DNA from: Pseudomonadota bacterium
Lineage (GTDB): Bacteria; Desulfobacterota; Desulfobulbia; Desulfobulbales; SURF-16
Assembly: GCA_043809085.1 (NCBI GenBank)
Contig: JAZDEG010000038.1
Location: 5,350 to 69,349 of the forward strand
Length of the DNA: 64,000 bases
Direction: 5' to 3'
Shown here: positions 58,187 through 64,000 of the stretch, in pieces
Numbering within the stretch: position 1 is the first letter of the stretch
How the letters are laid out: the number at the start of each line of letters is the position of its first letter
Program-made: the position numbers and the translations under genes
Notes under the pieces: model-generated
Seen by the model: the letters and a program-made list of their open reading frames with translations, nothing else
Databases searched by the model: none
What the model was told of the DNA's origin: nothing

Positions 58187-59938
58187 CTACTCCAGACCGG
58201 CTCTACTCTTGTCGCATGGCAGGGCGATAGTAAACGTCGATCCCCTGCCTTCTTCGCTCGACACCCATATTTTCCCACGATTATTCACAACTATCTGATG
58301 GCAGGCAGCCAATCCAATCCCAGTACCTTCGCCCTGCATCTTCGTCGTAAAGAAAGGGTCAAAGATCTTGCCCAGATCACGTTTTCTAATCCCTTCTCCG
58401 GTATCGCTTATGGCAGTAGTGACAAAATCTTTACAATCTTCTACCTTGATTAGCAGAGTGCCACCAGCCGGCATTGCTTGGCAAGCATTTAATAATATTG
58501 ACTTAAAAGCCTTTTCAATCTGCTCTCTGTCAACTATTATCTTCTGAAGATTCTCCGGGAAATCATCGATAAAGTTAATATCGGCTAATGATTCTCTCTC
58601 CTCTAAATGCACCAGTGCATTCTTCACCACCTCAACAATATCAACAACGCTGAATTTTGGTTCCGCTGGCTGGGCAAAGGACATTACATTGTCAATTACG
58701 TCAACCATGCGTTTTTCCTGTTGTGCAATAACCTGATGCCGCTTTTCAAGTTCTGCTTTATTCACTTCATCACTGTCTAATATTCGCTTCAAAATTTGCA
58801 GGTTCATTGAAATAATAGTCAGCGGATTATTGATTTCGAAGGCAAGCCCGGCGGCAAAATGCCCCATAGAGGCAAGACGGCGGGCCGTGAAAAGTTGTCT
58901 GTTGTAGTTCTCATAGGTTCTTGCCTCTCTCGCAAGCTTGCCTGCCGTATCAAGGTCAATGCGATTAGGAATTTCTCCGTCATGGCCTGTCACAGGCGCG
59001 AACTGATAGGCATCAACCTCATCCCCCGCATCTTTCTTATCATGTTTTCTTTCTTTACTGTCTTCAAAAAACTGCTCTAGTTGATTTGTTTTTTTGATCA
59101 CGGAATCCATGAGGTCAACGATATTTTCATAACTGAAAGAATAAAGGTGCTGCAGCTCTTCCAGCACGTAATGATAGCTTTCGTGACAGACATCATTTTG
59201 AGAGAGGAAATAGCTTGAACCGACATGGTGAGTGGTGCACAGGACATCTGCAAAACGAACGAGTTGAGGGAAATGGTCATTGGTGATCAAAACGGGCTCA
59301 CATACTGGTTGATGATGCAGCCACATTGCTTCAATGAGTTGACGCGGCAACTTGCCGAGCTCACCCAGCTCGCGGCCCATTTCAACATGGCTAAACCCGA
59401 GCTTCCTTTCTTCAGATAACAGAGGATAATCCCCATAAATATTTAATAATCCCTGTTCGCCGATTTCTTTACAAATTGTCTCAAATGTTTCTTGGGATTG
59501 CAAAAATAAAACGAACTTCCCCAGGTCATGTAAAAGCCCTGCGACATAAGTCTCATTAACATAATCAGGGGCAAAGCGGTTTGACAACTCGTTAACCGTA
59601 CAGGCAACACCAAAAGAGTGAATCCAGAATTTCTTACATAGGTGAGACTTCTTTGCGGATATCTGGGGAAAATTCTCAAGCACAGGCATGGAAAGGAGAA
59701 TCTCTTTTGACTTTTCCGGGCCGAGAACGGAGAGGGCTGTCTCCACGGTACCCACATTATCGGCTACCGAGCCGGCATAACATAGAAGATTAAATGACAT
59801 GACCGGATCAAGACGGACTAGCTCTTCTATTGATTGAAAAGAGGACTTTTTCCCCTCTACTATTTTTCTTATTTCATTTTTTATACAAAGCAGAGTGGGC
59901 AGGGGATAAACGCTTAAAGCGGAGTGACTGTTCTTCAT
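58187..59938 (-). CDS. HDOD-domain protein fused to a histidine kinase-like module
   Basis: DPVMS, FWIHS, GLLHDLGK, HVEMG, HHQP; then AFEINNPL (His replaced by Phe), NACQAM, FDPFFTTK, GTGIGL. Confidence 0.88.
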   Translation of the reverse strand: MKNSHSALSVYPLPTLLCIKNEIRKIVEGKKSSFQSIEELVRLDPVMSFNLLCYAGSVADNVGTVETALSVLGPEKSKEILLSMPVLENFPQISAKKSHLCKKFWIHSFGVACTVNELSNRFAPDYVNETYVAGLLHDLGKFVLFLQSQETFETICKEIGEQGLLNIYGDYPLLSEERKLGFSHVEMGRELGELGKLPRQLIEAMWLHHQPVCEPVLITNDHFPQLVRFADVLCTTHHVGSSYFLSQNDVCHESYHYVLEELQHLYSFSYENIVDLMDSVIKKTNQLEQFFEDSKERKHDKKDAGDEVDAYQFAPVTGHDGEIPNRIDLDTAGKLAREARTYENYNRQLFTARRLASMGHFAAGLAFEINNPLTIISMNLQILKRILDSDEVNKAELEKRHQVIAQQEKRMVDVIDNVMSFAQPAEPKFSVVDIVEVVKNALVHLEERESLADINFIDDFPENLQKIIVDREQIEKAFKSILLNACQAMPAGGTLLIKVEDCKDFVTTAISDTGEGIRKRDLGKIFDPFFTTKMQGEGTGIGLAACHQIVVNNRGKIWVSSEEGRGSTFTIALPCDKSRAGLE

Positions 59939-60346
59939 TTATTCGTCTCATTTATTCAGTGTGTGATTGGGTGGCCTCCTTATTTGATTAAATCGCAAAA
60001 ATTCCGATTTAATCGGGGTTAAGAGGTGGTTCCCCTAAGTTCGGACAGCGTAATAAGGTGGATAGCCACACCCTGACGAAGGGGCCCCCCTCCATTAGGG
60101 CGACCATTGACACTCCAGCCATATTTTTCAAAAATGAATGACTGTTCAGAAAAAACTGAACTCTAATTTATAAATTTTGCAAGGAAAAACTACAAGAAAC
60201 TGGCAGGTGGAGATGGTTTTTTCATGTCCATTTTGGGGAAATCGCAGGTATGAGTGAAAACACGCTTCGACTTGACAGAAAAGCATTTTTATCGATCTTG
60301 GATGTGGCCATCTTAACCGCTCCAGCAATGCCGCAACTTTATATTA

Positions 60347-60509
60347 TTTCCTGCTCGATATATATCAAAAAATAGCAGTACAAAGACCTCTCAAGAGTAT
60401 AAAATCTTGGCCATCTAACAATTTCACACCATCAGAAAAGTCACCCTATCCCATTTCATGAAAAGTGAAGAAGTTTTCCAAAATCCAGGACAGAGGGAGT
60501 CGAGAAACA
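60347..60509 (+). repeat. Dispersed repeat copy B (full length)
   Basis: TTTCCTGCTCGAT.TATATCAAAAAA.AGCAGTACAAAGAC...GAAAAGTGAAGAAGTTT...GGGAG.CGAGA.ACA, colinear with copy D. Confidence 0.9.
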
Positions 60510-60567
60510 GTAAGTGTATTTTCCATGAATTGAATGCATCGAATTTATTTTAAATCAGAATTAATAC

Positions 60568-60604
60568 ATTAACGGTTGACGTTAATATTGTCGTGCGTTA
60601 TTGT
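60568..60604 (+). promoter_or_regulatory. higBA promoter with palindromic operator
   Basis: TTGACG-17-TATTGT, ATG 6 nt later; ATTAACG-N5-CGTTAAT palindrome overlaps the -35. Confidence 0.7.
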
Positions 60605-60610
60605 TTGTGT

Positions 60611-60892
60611 ATGATAAAGTCATTCAAATGCAAGGAGACTCAGAGGATATTCAGCCGGAAATTTTCAAAGAAAATGCCGCAAGATATTCAGCCAAAAGCG
60701 AGACAAAAACTTGTTTTGCTCGATGTCGCCTCTGACCTGCAGGATTTGCGAATTCCACCGGGAAACAGACTTGAAGAATTACAGGATGACAGGAAAGGAC
60801 AACACAGCATCCGCATAAACGACCAATGGCGGATATGTTTCGTGTGGCAGAACGGCGATGCCTTCCAGGTCGAATTAGTTGATTATCATTGA
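60611..60892 (+). CDS. higB: HigB toxin (RelE/ParE family)
   Basis: MIKSF, LRIPPGNRLEEL..DRKGQHSIRINDQWRICF, VDYH. Confidence 0.95.
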   Translation: MIKSFKCKETQRIFSRKFSKKMPQDIQPKARQKLVLLDVASDLQDLRIPPGNRLEELQDDRKGQHSIRINDQWRICFVWQNGDAFQVELVDYH

Positions 60893-60910
60893 GGCAAAGG
60901 AGTTTCGAAA

Positions 60911-61222
60911 ATGGAAAAGAAAGATATGCAACCCATTCACCCCGGCATTATACTACTGGAAGAATTTTTACAGCCCATGGGAATTAGCCAATACCGTCTT
61001 GCAAAAGATACGAATGTGTCACCCCGGAGAATCAATGAAATCGTTCATTGCAAAAGGGCTATTACTGCTGATACCGCATTACGGCTTGGAAAATTTTTTA
61101 ATATGACTCCACAGTTTTGGATGAACATCCAAAGCCGCTATGATCTTGAGATCGCCGAGGACAATTTAAAAGATCGGATTGAAAAAGAAGTTCATACGTA
61201 CCAACCGGCGCATGCCGCATAA
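60911..61222 (+). CDS. higA: HigA antitoxin (XRE HTH)
   Basis: PIHPG..L.EEFL.P.GISQYRLA, RINEIV, ITADTALRL, FWMN.Q..YDL. Confidence 0.95.
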   Translation: MEKKDMQPIHPGIILLEEFLQPMGISQYRLAKDTNVSPRRINEIVHCKRAITADTALRLGKFFNMTPQFWMNIQSRYDLEIAEDNLKDRIEKEVHTYQPAHAA

Positions 61223-61297
61223 AGAAAAAACCAATCTGGTCCTTGAATTCGGAGCATGTCATCCGCTAAATTGGTTTCTCATGTATCTGGCCCCGTG

Positions 61298-61356
61298 TAT
61301 CAAAAAATAGCAGTAGAAGAATTCTCAAAAAGCAAATATCCACTTTTGTGAAAGAG
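61298..61356 (+). repeat. Dispersed repeat copy C (internally deleted/degenerate)
   Basis: TATCAAAAAATAGCAGTA is identical to copy B (60363-60380), followed by a degenerate AAAAG..ATCC..TTT..TGAAA segment. Confidence 0.6.
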
Positions 61357-61372
61357 TTCTCGCCTTCATCCG

Positions 61373-62299
61373 CTACCAACTCCCTGAAGCGCCGCCACCG
61401 CCGAAGCTGCCGCCTCCAAAACCGCCGGAGCCGCCAGACACGTCCGAGTCTCCGAAACCGCCTCCCTCATAAAATCCAAACACCAGACAGACAAACCCGA
61501 AGGTAAGCCCGATCGGCACAAACAGAAGCAGGGGAACTAAGCCGATGGAGGGCGGCAGGGCTGTGTAGGCCTGACGGCCGAAGAAAAACAGAAGCGGAAG
61601 CAGCAAGACCCCGACCGCGACACCAAGCTTTCGGGAAATGCTTCCCAGAAAACCAACCAGGGACATACCGAGGCATAGGCATCCGATGAAGCGAGGAATC
61701 GGCCCCTCGCTTCGAGCCGCTGACCTTGGTCGCGGCTCTGCCCCGTATTCTCCCTTGGTGGTCTGTATGATGGCATTAATACCAGCCTCAAAACCTTCAT
61801 CAAATTGGCCGTCCTTGAAGCGCGGGGCCACTACCGAATCGATGATCCGGCCGGCAGCCAGGTCGGTGAGTACATGCTCCAGACCCCGGCCCACCTCAAT
61901 GCGCAGCTTGCGGTCTTTTTTGACCGCAAGGAAGAGTACGCCGTTGTCCTTTCCCTTCTGGCCGATTTTCCATTGCTCCACAACACGTATGGAGAAATCT
62001 TCCAGGGCATTGCCGGCCAGCGTATCGATGGTGAGGATTGCGATCTGGGTGGAGTCGCGAAGATCAAAGGACTGCAGGGCTCGCTCAATCTTTAGCTCAA
62101 GAGCAGGTGAAATCATGGCCCCGTAGTCGTTAACATAACCTCGGTAGGGTGGGACATCAAGTGCCGCAGCCAACTCCGGAAGGATTCCGCCCGCAAGCAG
62201 GAGAGCCAATAGAGCAAGGCAGCAGTGAACAAGGCCTTGGGACCGCATTTTGGGAAGCCATGCCATGTGAGCCTTGATATGGGAAAATGTGTTGCGCAT
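61373..62299 (-). CDS. TPM-domain protein (YgcG-like)
   Basis: GYVND.G, WKIGQKGKDNGVL, RIEVGRGLE..LTD, C-terminal GFGGGSFGGGGASGSW; start uncertain. Confidence 0.9.
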   Translation of the reverse strand: MRNTFSHIKAHMAWLPKMRSQGLVHCCLALLALLLAGGILPELAAALDVPPYRGYVNDYGAMISPALELKIERALQSFDLRDSTQIAILTIDTLAGNALEDFSIRVVEQWKIGQKGKDNGVLFLAVKKDRKLRIEVGRGLEHVLTDLAAGRIIDSVVAPRFKDGQFDEGFEAGINAIIQTTKGEYGAEPRPRSAARSEGPIPRFIGCLCLGMSLVGFLGSISRKLGVAVGVLLLPLLFFFGRQAYTALPPSIGLVPLLLFVPIGLTFGFVCLVFGFYEGGGFGDSDVSGGSGGFGGGSFGGGGASGSW

Positions 62300-62601
62300 T
62301 TTTTTTCAGGCACCTGCTTTGAACTTGACAGCCGGGACTGTTCTTGCCTCAAAAAAAAGGAGTCTGATTTACGCTGCTTTTCTATATTTAGCATTCAACT
62401 CATAAAAAAACTGGCACCTAACCCATCCTATGGATGCTTCGCATGAAATGTCAATTCGAATATTCAGCCGGAAAAGAGATCCATCCCGCAAACTATGGAC
62501 ACTTTCCGGGTCATTTCCACATTTAAAAAGTTGGGAGTTTGGCCGGGAAAGATATCCTCTGGCGATATCAAGTTTCGGCAAATAATGAGAACTTGAGATG
62601 T

Positions 62602-62762
62602 TTTCCTGCTCGATCTATATCAAAAAACAGCAGTACAAAGACTCTTGCGAGAGTATAAAATACTGGACGTCTAACAATTTTCCGCCACCAGAAAAGTCAA
62701 ACAATCCCTTTTCATGAAAAGTGAAGAAGTTTCCAAACGGCAGGGCGGGGAGCCGAGAGACA
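62602..62762 (+). repeat. Dispersed repeat copy D (full length)
   Basis: Colinear with copies A and B. Confidence 0.9.
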
Positions 62763-62838
62763 AGCCGTTTGTTGGGTGAAAGTAGAAACACCTGCTGTTA
62801 TGAAGACAGAAAAAAACAAGGGTTGGCAGGAGACGAAG

Positions 62839-64000
62839 TTATAACTGCGTTTGATACTGATTCGATCGGCTGTTTAACGTCTCCTTAACTGCTCGACCAA
62901 GCTGATCTTTTGAGTAAGGTTTCTTTATAAATGCACCAGCTCCAAGTTGGAGAGTGGCCTTGACATCCTCACTTTCAGCAAAACCGCTGACAACGACGGC
63001 TTTTTGATCTGGGTACAGCTTTGTTATCTCTTCATATGTCTGACGCCCGGTCATACCCGGTTCCATCAACATATCAATCAATAGTAAATCAACAGGCGTT
63101 TTCTTTACAAATTCAATCGCGGATTCACCGGATTTGACTACATCAACACGGTAGCCAAAGCTTGCCAACATCCGACTGGCAATATCCCGCAGTTGCGATT
63201 CATCATCCACAACTAGAATATGCGCATCTCCACCAGTGATTTTTCCGTCATGTTTATCATCCGTTTTCGAGACTCTGTCCCCTTTGTTCACAGGGAAATA
63301 GAGTTGAAAACAAGCTCCCTTTTCATTGCTATCGACAAAAACTTTACCACCATGATCCTCCATGGTATTCCAGACCACAGAAAGACCAAGACCAGATCCA
63401 CTTTTACCCATCATTTTTTTGGTATAAAACGGTTCAAAAATATGCTCTATATCTTTCTTTGAAATTCCAGGTCCTGTATCTTGAATACTCAAAACAACAT
63501 ATTCGCCAGCTTTAATTTCCTGTTTGGGAGTTGTCTTTTCATCAATATATTGATTATAAGTGGATACAGAAATTGTTCCAGCACCAGCGATGGCTTCACA
63601 TCCATTTGTTACCAGATTCATAAGACATTTCTGAATATGCACTGGTGAACAGGAAACGAATTTCGTAGATTCAGATCGTTGCTGAAATATAACATTTGGA
63701 TGCAATGATTTGAGCTTTTGATATTCGGGGGAGCGCAGGTATTTTTCAATCAAGCTGTTGATGTCATGATCCTCCCGAATAGTGGCAGCACCTCTTGCGA
63801 CAGTAAGCAAATCAGCTACCACCGTTGCAGCTCTTTGACCCGCTTCATGGATAGCCTCAATCGGTTTCCTTAAATCACTGTCTTCGGGTAACGTTTGCAA
63901 CAACACCTCTGGATAGCCAACGATCCCAGAGAGTATATTGTTCAGGTCGTGGGCCACTCCTCCTGCCATCAGACCCATGGATTCCATTTTTTGTGCCTGA
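62839..64000 (-). CDS. Hybrid histidine kinase (HisKA-HATPase-REC), partial; 5' part beyond window end
   Basis: QAQKMESMG..AGGVAHDLNNIL, MNLVTNG, FEPFYTKK, receiver VVDDE..IDMLM..KP. Confidence 0.92.
   Translation of the reverse strand, partial: QAQKMESMGLMAGGVAHDLNNILSGIVGYPEVLLQTLPEDSDLRKPIEAIHEAGQRAATVVADLLTVARGAATIREDHDINSLIEKYLRSPEYQKLKSLHPNVIFQQRSESTKFVSCSPVHIQKCLMNLVTNGCEAIAGAGTISVSTYNQYIDEKTTPKQEIKAGEYVVLSIQDTGPGISKKDIEHIFEPFYTKKMMGKSGSGLGLSVVWNTMEDHGGKVFVDSNEKGACFQLYFPVNKGDRVSKTDDKHDGKITGGDAHILVVDDESQLRDIASRMLASFGYRVDVVKSGESAIEFVKKTPVDLLLIDMLMEPGMTGRQTYEEITKLYPDQKAVVVSGFAESEDVKATLQLGAGAFIKKPYSKDQLGRAVKETLNSRSNQYQTQL

Noticed and set aside
57458-62762. Dispersed repeats as attC sites, dif/pdif sites or a CRISPR array
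   Set aside because: They contain RTCTAAC but no matching GTT box with palindromic arms, no conserved 11-6-11 Xer layout, and spacing is kilobases rather than spacer-sized.
1-64000. tRNA, rRNA or CRISPR arrays
   Set aside because: None recognised by eye; a tRNAscan/Infernal run would be needed to exclude small RNAs.

Overview
A ~50% GC chromosomal window whose gene content looks like a sulfate-reducing deltaproteobacterium (Desulfobacterota, Desulfobulbaceae-like; inferred from gene style, not verified). Bases 1-38 kb are mostly housekeeping: the rpsB-tsf-pyrH-frr-uppS-cdsA-dxr-rseP-tsaB cluster, waaF-gmhB, PAS/GAF sensors, secDF-ykgJ-tatC-ydbH-ynbE-ydbL, rsfS-thrC, rmlBACD and nfeD-SPFH. 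From about 39.0 to 51.9 kb lies a complete chromosomal integron. The integrase (50319-51308) is preceded by a GAAC-N4-GTTC palindrome and overlaps an intact lexA-like gene by 4 nt. The divergent AT-rich array holds 9 cassettes and 8 attC sites, and the R'/R'' boxes of cassettes 1-8 are exactly complementary when each cassette is circularised on paper. Cassette cargo includes a TIR-STAND-TPR (NLR-like) protein, a class III nucleotide cyclase-like protein, a 4TM plus 2TM-TIR gene pair, an LprI protein and several unknowns. The array's distal end is cut by a RAYT/Y1 transposase element. From 57.4 to 62.8 kb, unrelated accessory genes (frameshifted SRPBCC, HDOD kinase, higBA, TPM protein, hybrid kinase) are separated by four same-orientation copies of an unexplained repeat of up to ~160 bp. 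All calls come from reading the sequence and ORF track; no searches were run.
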